From NCBI RefSeq assembly GCF_004010195.1, contig NC_057721.1, positions 55,421,091 through 55,485,090 of the forward strand: a stretch of 64,000 nt of DNA, written 5' to 3'. The translations under genes and the position numbers were made by a program. The stretch comes from Chiloscyllium plagiosum. Lineage: Eukaryota. The notes below the pieces were generated by a model. The model saw only the letters and a program-made list of their open reading frames with translations, was not told where the DNA came from and ran no database searches. Of the stretch, positions 50,565 through 62,625 are shown piece by piece (positions within the stretch are counted from its first letter, which is position 1; each line of letters opens with the position of its first letter).

Positions 50565-52970
50565 ATTGATTTGTTTATTGTCGTGTACACCGAAGTAGTG
50601 AAAAGTTTTGTTTATGAGCAGTACAAGCAGATCACAGTAAACATTACGTACAGAACTAAAGACTTAGACGGAGGCATTGGACAGGGCATATAAGAGAGAT
50701 CAGAATTATTTGAGGGTAGAGTGTCCATTCAGTACTATTATAATGACCAGAAAGAAGCTGCCCCTAAACCTACTGGTGCATGTGTTCAGGCTTTTGGAAG
50801 AGGTTGTAGATCACTACCGGGTGCGAAGGGTCTTTGGCAATGTTTCCGCGGCAGCAAGTTGTGTAACTGGAGTCCAGGGATGGAAGTTTGGCTTCCACAA
50901 TGGCCTGGGCACGTCATCCTCTGTAGTTTCCTACAACCCTGGATATGCTAGGCTGTTATGCACCTGGACAGTATGCTGTCAATTGTGCATCTGTAGAAGT
51001 TGGTGAGGGTCCTTACGGACATGCCAAGTTTCCGGAGCAGCCTGAGGAAGAAGAGGCATTGTTGTAACACCTTGATGTCACAACTACGTGGGAAGACCAG
51101 GACAGATTGCCAGTTGTCATCACTCCAAGGAACATGACGCTCTTTACCCTCTCGACATATATTTTGTTGATGTAGATGGGGGCATGTTCTACTTCTTTCT
51201 TACTAAAGTCAGTGATCAGTTATTTAGTTCTACCGATGTTGAGAGAGAGGTTCTCATAGCACCACATCACCAAACCCTCCATCTCTCTTCTGTATTTTGA
51301 TTTGTTGTTAGATATCCATCCTCTTGTGGTGGTGCCATCAGTGAACTTATGGATGGCGTTCATTCAGAATTTGGCAACAAAATCATGGGTGTACATAGAG
51401 TACAGTAGGGGGCTGAGGTCACATCCTTGGGGGACTCCAATGTTGAGTGTTATTGTGAAGGAGGTGCAGTTACCTATCTTCACTGATTGTGGCCTGTGGG
51501 TCAGAAAGCTGAGCATCCAGTTGCTGAGAGTGGAGCCGAGACCAAGGTCATGGAGTTTTGTGATCAGTCTGGAGGGGACAATGGTGTTGACTACAGCTCC
51601 GCCTTCAATCATCAGGAGTCTGATATAGGTGACCTTATTGTCCAGATGCTCCAGGGATGAGTATAGGGCTAGAGATATGGCATCCACAGTGGACCTGTTA
51701 TGTCAGTAGGCAAATTGTCAAGGATTGAGGCCGTCTGGAAGACTGGAGTTATTGTGGGCTATCACCAGCTTCTCAAAGCAGTTCATGATTATGGAAGTCA
51801 GAGCCACTGAGCAGTCGTCATTCAAGCACATTGCATGTGCTTTCTTAGGTATGGGGGTGGTTTTGTTAAAGCAGATGAGGACTATAGATTGTAGGAAGGA
51901 GAGTTTGAAGATGTTGGTGAATGCCTCCGCCAGTTAGTCAGCACAGGATCTGAGTGCTTGACTGGGGACATTGTCTGGGCTCGTCGCCCAGAAAAACCGA
52001 TCTGACGTATGCAGTGGTGACCGAGGGAACAGGTGTATCTGGGGCTGTCGTAGCAGGTGTCGTTGCGCCACTGGCATCCTGCTCAAACTAAGCATAGAAA
52101 ATATTGAGCGCATCAGGGAGGGATGGGTCTTTGTCTGTTATCCTGCTCTGCTTCCATTTGTATCCATAATGTTGATTAGGACGGTCACAGGTGGCAGGCA
52201 TCTGTTTGGTAGGTATGGGCCTCTAACCTGTCTGGTACTGCCTCTTGGCATCCCTGATGGCTTTGCAGAGACCATATCTGGATTTCTTGTATTGATCTGG
52301 GTAATCTGACTTGAATACTGCACATCTAGCCTTCAATAGGAAGTGGATTTCCAGTTTCATCAAAGGTTTACAGTTGGAGAACAGTCAGATTGACTTCTTT
52401 GGTACGCAGGAAGTGAAAGTGAGGACTGCAGATGCTGAAGATTGGAGTCGAGAGTGTGGGGATGGAAAAGCACAGCAGATCAGGCAGCATCCAAGGAGCA
52501 GGAAAATTGACGTTTTGAGCAAAAGTTTGCCTGAAACGTCGATTTCCCTGCTCCTTGGAAGCTGCCTGACGTGCTGTGCTTTTCCAACACCACAGTCTCG
52601 ACTTTTTTGATACGCAGTCCTCCATGCATTTGTGAATAATGTCCTTGATGGTGGTGTACTTGTATAGTACTTGAATACGGTCCAGTGCACTGAATCTAAG
52701 CAGTCCAAGGGACTGTCTTCCACATCCTCGGGCAAGCATTGTCCTTTTGTGGAGGGTTCTCCCATTTTAGCTTCTACGTGGAAACTGGGAGGTGGCACGT
52801 GGCACTGTAATCTGATTTTCTGAAATGTGGGCAGGGGGTGGAGTAGTAGGCGCCTTTGGTTGTGCAGTAGTGGTCCAGAATGTTCGATCCTGTGATGAGG
52901 GAGGAATGTGTTGGTGGTACTTTGGCAGCACCCTTGAGGTTGGCTTATTTGAAGTCACCAGCCACAATGA
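50565..52970 (-). mobile_element. Rex1/Babar-type LINE, decayed
   Basis: [24 protein letters not shown]...[17 protein letters not shown]...[12 protein letters not shown]...[19 protein letters not shown]. Confidence 0.8.
52410..52605. mobile_element. Fold-back PLE mini-element with TSD, nested in the Rex/Babar LINE
   Basis: Near-perfect palindrome centred ~52525; flanks tttggtacgcag (52398-52409) / tttgatacgcag (52606-52617). Confidence 0.8.
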
Positions 52971-53977
52971 ATAGGGTCTCTGGGAATTTTGTCTCTAGAG
53001 TGTCAGTTGAGACCCTTTTAAGTTCTTTAATCTGAACCTTTTGGTCTACTGTAGCCAAATCAATTATATTTACTATTGAGGTCCTTGTGTTGAATGCTGA
53101 AGTGATATTGTTGACCCAAATAATTTTCAGTCAACCTTCCTCCTGGACTGGGAACCAATTTCTACCATTAAAGCAAGGTGCCAGTGTTGTCGCTTGTTTA
53201 ACCAAAGCTGTATAAAGTGCTCCAGTTTGACCCAAATACCATCAGGTAAACCGATATTAGAAATGTTTAGAACAATAATACACCATGAGCTGGTACCCAT
53301 TAGCATGCAAGATCTAATCGTTGTTAATTTGCATAGGTCAACTTTGTAGTAATCTAAAATTCACATGAGTTAAATTCAGGAATTTAACAAATGAGTCAAT
53401 CTCTCCAAAGAGTCTGTTATTTATCAGTTTGTCAAATGTCTGGTTGCTTTTACTCTTTCTATTATGCTCATTGTTCTGTTGAATGGTGTATTCTTATTAT
53501 TTGTGGTTTAGTTTAGTCAAATCTGTACTGTGGGTGTTTGTTGAATGGTACTCCTTGTTCCTGCTGCTGAGAACAGCAATGCTAAAAGAATTGCATGCCA
53601 GACAACATTCTCTAAATTTAACGATCGTCACCAGTTGATGAGGATTAGTTCTGCAAAACAAAATGAATAAATATTTAGTAAACTGCTTCAGTTGTGACAA
53701 GTGTTTCCAAAGCCCCTTTTCCTTTTACCTTCGAGCAAGCACATGCATCACTGTTCATAATTACCTTCTATGGTCCCACTTACCTAGGTGCAAACTTTAA
53801 CACTCACACTGGGTGCCCTTGGCCTATTCTGCTTTCACTTCGACCTTTCTGTCACACAAACAGCTGACCTTATAATCTGTTGTACCTCGTGCAGCTGCTT
53901 GTACTGCTTTCTCAAATCATTTAACCTTTGCAGGTGTGTTCTGCTTCATTGTTACCAGTTGCAACATTCCCTGGCAA

Positions 53978-54250
53978 TCACCTCGCCTTTCTATTATCAC
54001 TCCCACTGAAGTTAACCCAATTCCTTTTCTGGGTCTTGCCCTCAGTCACATTAGGATACTGACAGGCCCACCCATCTCTTGTATAGCATTTAGCTAATGC
54101 TTTCTTTAGTGTTCTATTCACGTGTTCTCTGATGTCTGAGCTGTCTGGGTAGTAGAGGATGTGAATTTTGTTTCTCAGTAATTTACAAGCATCATAAAAT
54201 GCAGACAGCGTAAGCAAACTTAAGTAGGTGATTTGGTGTCCCTCGACCTG
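53978..54250 (-). mobile_element. Retroviral-type integrase remnant
   Basis: HILYYPDSSDIREHVNRTLKKALAK...NWV resembles the integrase HxPYHPQSSGxVERxNRTLK motif. Confidence 0.5.
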
Positions 54251-54362
54251 CTGCAGGGCTGCTGTGAAGTTCTTGTAGAATTCTGTAAGGCAGTAGATAG
54301 TAGTGGTGATCATTTCCCCCTTCTGTTCTTTATGATCCATCCACCAACCTCTCTGTTTCCTG

Positions 54363-54398
54363 GGGATTCCCTTTGGGATTCCCTTTGGGATTCCCTTT
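54363..54398 (+). repeat. 12-bp tandem repeat x3 (GGGATTCCCTTT)
   Basis: Read directly. Confidence 0.9.
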
Positions 54399-55581
54399 TT
54401 TCAGCATCCTCTTAATCACTTTTGGTTGTTATTCTGCTATAAACCTGGTGATGGAGCCCTCCAACACCTCTCAAAGTTTAGTCTTTCCCAGTTCCATTAA
54501 CCTCATCCTACCTGACTGACATGAATAACTTATTTTACATGCCTGCACTTTCCTATCTTTCTGATTAGTGCGGCTTTGGTCTCACTGTCTCGTGAGTTGT
54601 GCCTGAGGGGTCTGCCCTGTCTGCACAGCTCTTTGATTCTGACTCTAGTTACCTGATCCTCTCCTCTCCTGTCCTGCCAGCCCAGTTCTATGTTCGCATC
54701 CAGCGCCTCTTATCCTGAGTTCTCCTTCAGATTCTTTATATTGCATCCACAGCTGTCCAGCCAACTCTATGCTGTAACTTTTGGTATAAAATGAAAACCA
54801 AGATAGCAGTGCTACCTTGAGTATGATACAAGATCCTGACGACTATGCCAAACTGTTTTAATGATAGAGGATTCCAGTGGAAGAGATAAAGGTAGTTTAC
54901 TTCATGCACACGTGTAGAGAAGCTTTAACACTGGTCAGAGCTTGCTTTGCCAAATTACAGAATTCGTTCAAGCTTTATACAGATTACAGCATACATATTA
55001 CAAGTACAGTTACAGTTTCCACACATCAACATCTGTGTTACTTTTTCCCCACAATATTGTGGGCATTGTCTTTTCCAACCCAAGGAAATTTAACATTCCT
55101 TCGTGATTAAATTAAGTCTTAACTCAGACAGTAGATAAAACTGAAATAAGTAAAATGTGAAGTTGTTGTAATTCTCAGGGAAATTTGACATTCCTTAGTG
55201 ATTATATTAGCTTCTTGAGGCCATTGATGATTGGGATGTTTAGAACTTTATTCTGATGTTCTTTTGCTGTTTTCTGACAAAAAAATAAAGTTACACTACA
55301 TTGAACAAGGTATCATTTTTCAAATGATTTGACTTTTATTGTTGGTTCCCATGTACTTTGTTAGCTTGCTTGTTACTAACTAAAATGGCTAAAGCTTTTT
55401 GTTAATTTAATCATTACTTGCAGTTTAAGAATTTGAATCTCACCCCAACACAATCAAACTAGAAACTTAAACCTCTTGCAGTATGTTTTTTGCTCCTGTT
55501 CATCTCTGAACTGTCAACAAATTTCCCTTCCATTCTGACACACACTACTATGTACACACAGTTATGTGGCTCTCAATAGTT

Positions 55582-55972
55582 AGTCATAGAGATGTACAGC
55601 ATGGAAACAGACCCTTCGGTCCAACCTGTCCATGCCGACCAGATATCCCAACCCAATCTAGTCCCACCTGCCAGCACCTGGCCCATATCCCTCCAAACCC
55701 TTCCTATTCATATACCCATCCAAATGCCTTTTAAATGTTGCAATTGTACTAGCCTCCACCACTTCCTCTGGCAGCTCATTCCATACAAGTACCACCCTCT
55801 GCGTGAAAAAGTTGCCCCTTAGGTCTGTTTAATATCTTTCCCCTCGCACCCTAAACCTATGCCCTCTAGTTCTGGACTCCCATACCCCAGTGAAAAGACC
55901 TTGTCTGTTTACCGTATCCATGCCCCTCATAATTTTGTAAACCTCTATAAGGTCACCCCTCAGCCTCCGACG
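55582..55972 (-). mobile_element. CR1 LINE 3' fragment, young
   Basis: Reverse complement nearly identical to 5930-6317. Confidence 0.9.
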
Positions 55973-56497
55973 CTTCGGTGCAAGTTCTTTTTTTATCTGT
56001 TAAACTCAAACTATGTTGATTCTGTTTCCATGTTTGTTCCCAACAATCGTCTTTTCACCTCCATAGTTGGCACTCCTCTTGCCTTTGGTGACTTTGATCT
56101 TCTTAAAATATTATAATGCTATATGATTAATAATACTCCTTCCCAAATGGCAGCCAAGCTCCTGCAGAAGCTACGTTAATTCCCATCTTGCTGTGATAAT
56201 TTTCTTTTAATTCCCACAATTTATTATCCAAATATTGAGCAGTCCAGTCTATTTGGCTATTTTTTCCCCATTGTTTGATTTAATGCTACTACTTTCCCTT
56301 GAATTTTTTTCTGTTTCAGCTAAAGCTGTTTCCTCTTCATTATTTTCTTCCCCTACTTTGAATCAAGTACTTTGACTTTTCCTGTGCAATTTCTTCTGTG
56401 GAATCTTGTTTTTTTTTTAAAAGATTTCATGTATGGGCCAGGCCAGCATTCTTTGCTCATCCTTAATTAACAGAGGGCAATTAAAGTTGAAACTTTA

Positions 56498-56583
56498 TTG
56501 CTGGAACAGCACAGCAGGTCAGGCAGCATCCAGGGAACAGGAGATTCGACGTTTCGGGCACAGGCCCTTCTTCAGGAATGAGC
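56498..56583 (-). mobile_element. PLE pLTR fragment with the best-preserved hammerhead motif (56544-56579)
   Basis: Minus strand: ATTC-CTGAAGA-a-GGGC ctgt GCCC-GAAA-c-GTC-GAAT. Confidence 0.75.
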
Positions 56584-57787
56584 AGAGGGAAGAAATGTAT
56601 TTCTAAAGCTGTCTTAAATCATTTCAATAAGTTGTTGGAAATGGAATCTCCATTCAAAATGCTCACTTTGTACCCAAAATAATTTTCAAGCACAATTGAA
56701 TGGCTCTGTATTATATGCAACTGTTATTTCACAAAAGTAGAAAGCGTACTGCCACTTTACTTTCCTTTATCTTGCATTAATATTAATTCTATTTAAAAAA
56801 ATACAAAATAATTGATTAGCAGATCTATAGCCAATTGGATGATTGCCATTGTAGTGATACTTAAAAATGAAGTAACAATGTATTTATTGACCCAAATGAT
56901 GATGTTAGTTAATGGCTTTTGCCGCTGATTTTCTAAGAAAAAAACTGCCAACAAAAGTAAATGATCTCTGTGGAGGTTCTTTATCATTTCCCAATGACAT
57001 CTGTAGCCACTCAATGAGATCTATTGATGTGCAGTAACAGAAATGATAGCAAGTGAGCACCTTATCACATCAAAGAATTCATATGCAGTGAGCCAAAAAA
57101 AATTACTTTATTCTTTGATTAGGGAGAAGAAATCATTTAATTAAGATAGAAGATAAAACCAAAATAAATAAAATGTGAAGTTGTTACAATTCACTGGGAA
57201 TTTAATTATCCTTCAATATTAAATTAGCTTCTTCAGGCCATTGTTGGTGGAATGTTTAGCACTTCATTCTGATGTTGTTTTACTGTTTTCTAATAAAAAG
57301 TGAAGTTAAACTACATTAAAGAAGGTATCATTTTTCAAAGGATTTTACAGCGAGACTAAGAGTTTAAGTTCTTATTAACTCAGCTAATATTCAATTCATT
57401 GTGGTCTGGTGAATGTTTACGCGAAACATCCTTTCATGTAGAAGAAGCATTGAATCACTGATTGTAACTCCTGGATTATTGCATTAATGTGTGCTTGCAT
57501 GCCCACTAGAGGTTTCTGTCTTTTTTGCAGGAGCAATGATGATGAAAGCTGTTTTTGTAAAATTATCTCTTCCAGTATTTAACAATGGTGATGACCAGCC
57601 TTTCCTCTAAGGTGCAAGGCAACTTGCTTGTTTCTACACTCGCCACACATTAGCTGTCCTTTTAAATTACTTGTAGTCGTGTAAAAAGTTGAAACGGCCA
57701 TGATTCCTAAACAGATCAGCCACAGACCATGTTGATTAGGAGTTGATATATTTTGCATGAGTAATTGTATCAACTTCTCTGTTTCAG

Positions 57788-57903
57788 GGGAGTGCAGTCT
57801 GAGAAGAGATTAGAATGTAGTATCTCAGAACAGAGTGAAAACGTAACCAGACCGAAGGAAAGTAGTACATCGCCCGGAAGAATATCTGGGAAAGATGATA
57901 AAG
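57788..57903 (+). CDS. SENP7: SENP7 coding exon
   Basis: tgtttCAG acceptor; GVQSEKRLECSISEQSENVTRPKESSTSPGRISGKDDK; AAG|GTATG; phase 2-1 fits. Confidence 0.72.
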
Positions 57904-59034
57904 GTATGTAGGGTTTATTAGCCAATATTTTGATGCACAAATTCCAATTGTTTGTATTGTACTTTTTTCTTTTGAAAGAGAGGACTATGTTACCAGAAGT
58001 GTTATTAATGCCAAAATACCATCCTAAAAATTAGTACCAATTTAAAGACTAATAATTTGGGAAGGCTCTATACATAGCTAATTCTTTATCAGTTGTTTAT
58101 CTAATGAATGTAGAACTTGCAGCTTTGAATTTATCCCTGCAAATGGTACAGAAATTGACTGTGGTTGGTAATGAGGAAGAAACCTGTAGACTGTAGGAAG
58201 ATATTGATGGACTGGTCAGGTGGGCAGAAAAACAAAATGGATTTCAGTCTGGGGCAACTTAAGGCATTTATGGAGAGAAAACAAGGCAAGACAACTGTAA
58301 ATGAGCAGGGAGACCAGGGGTGGGAGGTGAAGGTGAGCTGCTCCTTCAACCTATCTTCCTTAGAAAGAAAGTCCGCATTAAAGTGATGGATCTAAAAGAA
58401 GTCATTGCTATAGCCATAACCTGCGGTTGGTTTTGGCATTTGGTGAGCCTCTATTAAAAGGATTAGCTCAGAAGTGCCTGAGAACATGGCGTGTGAGATA
58501 TCCGGCCCACTTTGTGCCTCATGCCAAAATATATGTACAAGGGCATGTGATATTCACTCCACGGTCCCTTTAGCTACTAGTTAAGTGTAAAAGGAAGTTT
58601 TGAAGGTACAGCATTGTTGGACTATTTTCCCAAGCCTTTGTCTGTTATATAGAAACCTCATTGGATCTGTATTTTTAGGTTCAGAAGTCATTTTGCGAAT
58701 TTGATTCTGAAAGTTACGCAGTGGATGAGATCAGAACATCAGTTGCAAAATTGTGGTGCCTCTGTTTTGATACAGCCTTTGTTAGCTTAAGGTTATTCTC
58801 CTGCACCAGTGCAATTTGGTGTTTTGAAAGTGAGCTGCTTATGTGACCTCTCTTCGATGCAACTCTAATGTTGCATTTTTTTGACATGATTTCCCTGTGG
58901 ATGGTCTCCTGGTGCTTAGTTAGGTTAGCACGTTATAGTTAGGTAGAAGTAAAGTATTGAGGATGCAGGAGATATGAAATAAAAACTCACTGTTGGAGAA
59001 CAGGTCTTGCAAAATCTGTGGAGGGAGCAGGAGT

Positions 59035-59362
59035 TCATAGAATCATAGAATCCCTACAGTGTGAAAACAGGCCATTCAGCCCAACAAGTCCACACCAACC
59101 TTCTGAAGAACAACTCACCCGGACCCACTCCCCCACCCCATCACTCTACATTTATAATGCACCTAAGCTACACATCCCTGAACACTATAGGGAATTTAGC
59201 ATGGCCAACTCATCTAAACTGCACATCATTGGAGGAATCTCCCGCAGGCATGGGGAGAAAATGTGCAAACTCCACACAGACAGTCACCCGAGTCTGGAAT
59301 TGAACCCGTGTCCCTGGTGCTATGAGGCAGAAGAGCTGACCACTCAGTCACTCTTCCACCCA
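59035..59362 (-). mobile_element. HE1-like SINE
   Basis: Matches 16490-16805 and 36808-37100; tail catagaatcatagaat. Confidence 0.75.
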
Positions 59363-61118
59363 TAGAGTTAGCTGTTCAAGTTTGGAATGTCTTCACAACT
59401 GAAAGGGGATGGAAAATGTTGGCTTTTTGTATGTTGTTGACAGAGCAAAAAGAAAAGCGAGTGGAACAGAAGGAGGTGGTCAGAGCAAAAGACAAAGGGA
59501 GTACTTATGGTGGTGATGGTGAGATTGAGATTTAATAAAAGTAAATTATAAGTGGCGAAAGCAGAAATTGGGTTTGCTGTATGGAGAACGGAGTCAACAA
59601 GACACTGGTAGGGTGGGGCAGTTAATGAGGATGACGAATGTCGTGGACTTTCCAACTGCTTTCTAATTCAATAAACCATCTCTGTCCATGCTAAAATGTC
59701 TGTCTTGGGAATGCTGCAGTGTCCCAGCAGAGCTCAATACAAGCTAGAGGAACTGCGCTTCATTTCCCACTTAGGCACTTTACACTCTTCAAGATTTAAC
59801 ATTGAGTTCACCACTGTAGACACTTGAGCTCTGTCCTCTTTTTATTTTGATTAAAAGCACTTCCTTTGTCTTTTGCACTGGGTACTGTCACCATCTGTTC
59901 ATCCACATCATCTCCTCCTTTGTCAACAACAGAAAAGCCACCATTTTCCAGTCCCTTTCAATTCTCAAACAGTAACTGCCAGACCTGCTGAGTTTCTCCA
60001 TCACATTTGTTTTATAGCTAGGTGTTTGCAATCATCAGGGAGAAGGATGTGTGTATTATTTCCAAAAAATTAAAATTCAAACCTTGACCCACTGATGAAT
60101 GAATAGTTTATAAATTCATGTTGCCATTCAAAAGTCTTTTAGATTGTGTGCCACTTAAGTTACAGTAAGATAGTTTCTGCTAATTTCAGATGAAGTTAAT
60201 TGAAGTGCCCACAGTGGAAAGGAAGTTCAATTTCTGGTTACTATTCAAGTGGAGGGATGCCTAGCTCCTCATCAGCTCATTGAGAGGTATCAGGTTAACA
60301 ACAGAAGTGACTTGCCTGTTCAGGCCATGCCTTAGAGCCTGGTCCTGCGGTAACCATGCCTGTCTGCATGCCTTCTGTGAAGATATTCCAATAGCCAGAT
60401 AGTCATTTCTGCAATGTAGACTGAAGTTGAATGTTGCACCTCAATGCAGCTGACTTCAAGGGAATTGCTGGGAAATTGAAAACCATTCTCACCCAGGCAT
60501 CTTGGCAGCCCTATCTACCTAAATTTCTTCGGTCTGTCAGCATGACTTTGGGGCCTTTTGAATTATTGAAACTGCTGACGTAGGCTATAAATGGTGTATT
60601 ATAAAAAGGTTACGTCCTGGACTACATCATTACTGCCATGCTGAATGGGATTTTTCCCTGATTTCCCCTAATGCATTTGGTGCAGTCCAGACTCTGATGT
60701 CTGACAAGAAAAATCGTTGACTGGTAAGAAGGTAAATCTGAAGACGACCAAGGGTAATCCGAATTTCTGTGCTATGACCTCTGCCATCTCAAAATAGAAC
60801 CATGCCTACCATGTAACAAGCTGTTCTGCTCATGGAAAGCTGTTTTGCAATCTTTCAAACGCTTTGACCTACGCTTTGTAGATTTTATATTTCATTTTTC
60901 AACAAAAATCTAGCAAGTAACTGGTTTTGATCAGCTATCTTTGGTGACATCTTGTTAGTTCTGGAAGCTTTTGAACTCATGATGTCTAGTATGTCTGTGG
61001 AATGGATGCAATTGATTTATATAAATATTTGAAAAGCATGACTGAATTCTGTTTTTTTTTGAAGTTAAGTAGAAATGCTATAGGTAGAAAACTGTGAAGT
61101 ATTGACTTTTGTTTTCAG

Positions 61119-61291
61119 GTATTTATGCAATAGAACAGACAGAAAAAAGAGGCCAGTTGTGTGAACAGAATAAAATAAATAAAGGCACATCAACAGAATC
61201 ACCTCTTTCAAGCCCTAAGAAGAAAAGATTATGTGCTAACCTTCAGGATCATTCTAACCAAAAAGACGTTAATAGTGCTGCACCATTGCAG
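61119..61291 (+). CDS. SENP7: SENP7 coding exon with NLS-like PKKKR; gene continues beyond window
   Basis: ttttCAG acceptor; GIYAIEQTEK...SPLSSPKKKRLC...AAPLQ; CAG|GTTAGT; phase 1-0 fits. Confidence 0.75.
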
Positions 61292-61375
61292 GTTAGTCAA
61301 AATGTTTTTGACAGTTATTTTATGTCTGTCATCTTTTTAAAAACATGTACAATTGTGTAGGTTTGATTAAAACAA

Positions 61376-61810
61376 TGTCATAGAGTTATACAGCTCAAAA
61401 ACAGACCTTTCAGTCCAACTTGTCTGTGCTGACTAGACGTCCTAATCTGACCTAGTCCCATTTGCCAGCATTTGACCCATATCCCTGTAAACCTTCCTAT
61501 TCACATACACATCCAGATGGTTTTTAAGTGTTGTAGTTGTACCAGCCTCCACCACTATCTCTGGTAGCTTGTTCCATATAGTCACCACCCTCTGTTTGAA
61601 AAAGTTACCCCTCACGTCCTTTTGGATTTGCTCACTCTAGAAAAAAGACTTTAGTTATTCACCCTATCCATGCCCCTCATGATTTTATAAACTTCTGTAA
61701 TGTCACTCCTCATCATCCGATGCTGTAGGGGGAAAAAATCTCCGGCCTGTTCTGCCTCCCCCTATAATTCAAACCCTTCAATCATGGCAACATCCTTGTG
61801 AATCTTTTCT
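61376..61810 (-). mobile_element. CR1 LINE 3' fragment
   Basis: Reverse complement of CR1 3' end starting gtcatagag. Confidence 0.8.
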
Positions 61811-62302
61811 CTTAGTCAGGTGACCCATTAAAGTAAAATACTGTAGATAATGAAAATGTGAAATCAACCCAGAATCTGATAGCATCTGGGAAGAGGGAAA
61901 CTGAATTAATACTTCAAATTAGGGGACTTTATCAAACCTAAGAAGGGAAATGGAAAGCCATGAAGGGGAACAAGCTAAGAAACAAACTTAAGTCCCATCA
62001 AAGAGAAGATCTGTACTACTTCAAGATCAACATTCCTGGAAATGAAGCAGCAGTGAGTTAAACAATGAGGCAAAAACAAAATATTGTGGTTGCTGGACAC
62101 CTGAAGACCTTAACCTGAAAAGTTAACTCTTCCTTTCTCCGCATGTTATGTCAGATCTGCTCAGTATTTCTAGTGTTTTGTAGCTTTATTTTAATTGACA
62201 AATATATATTAGGAAACTTAATAAAGGTTAACTAATTTTATTCAGCAAAAACAACTGTCATCTATATTACCTTTTCAAATAGCAAAGAATTCAAAGCAAT
62301 TT

Positions 62303-62625
62303 AGGGAAGTGATGGCCTAGTGATATTCTCACTAGACTGTTTATCTAGAGACCCAGCTAATGTTCTGGGGACCTGGGTTCGAATCCTGCCATGATGGATG
62401 GTGGGATTTGAATCCAATAAAATCTGGAATAAAGAGTCTAATGATGACCAAGAAATTATTGTCGATTGTCAAGGAAATACCTATCTGGTTCACTAATGTC
62501 CTTTATGGAAGGAAACTGCCATCCTGACCTGGTCTGGCCTACACATGACTCCAGATCCACAGCTATATGGTTGATTCTGAACTGTCCTCTGGGCAATTAG
62601 GGATGAGTAATAAATGCTGATGTCA
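62303..62625 (+). mobile_element. tRNA-derived SINE of a second family (possibly Deu/SacSINE1-like); related minus-strand copy ~63530-63865
   Basis: A box TGGCCTAGTG and B box GGTTCGAATCC; ggaaggaaactgccatc block also at ~47251. Confidence 0.6.

Larger units (their letters stand above)
55133..57346 (+). repeat. Diverged ~200-bp direct repeat pair (55133-55331 and 57151-57346)
   Basis: Shared blocks taaaatgtgaagttgtt, ttagcttctt.aggccattg, attctgatgtt, aaggtatcatttttcaaa. Confidence 0.8.

Noticed and set aside
52410-52605. DNA-transposon MITE or pre-miRNA
   Set aside because: The arms match the PLE 3' terminus at 39480-39603, so retroelement origin is the simpler explanation.
62303-62395. 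tRNA gene (A and B boxes present)
   Set aside because: No cloverleaf, and it continues into a SINE body; SINE head rather than tRNA.
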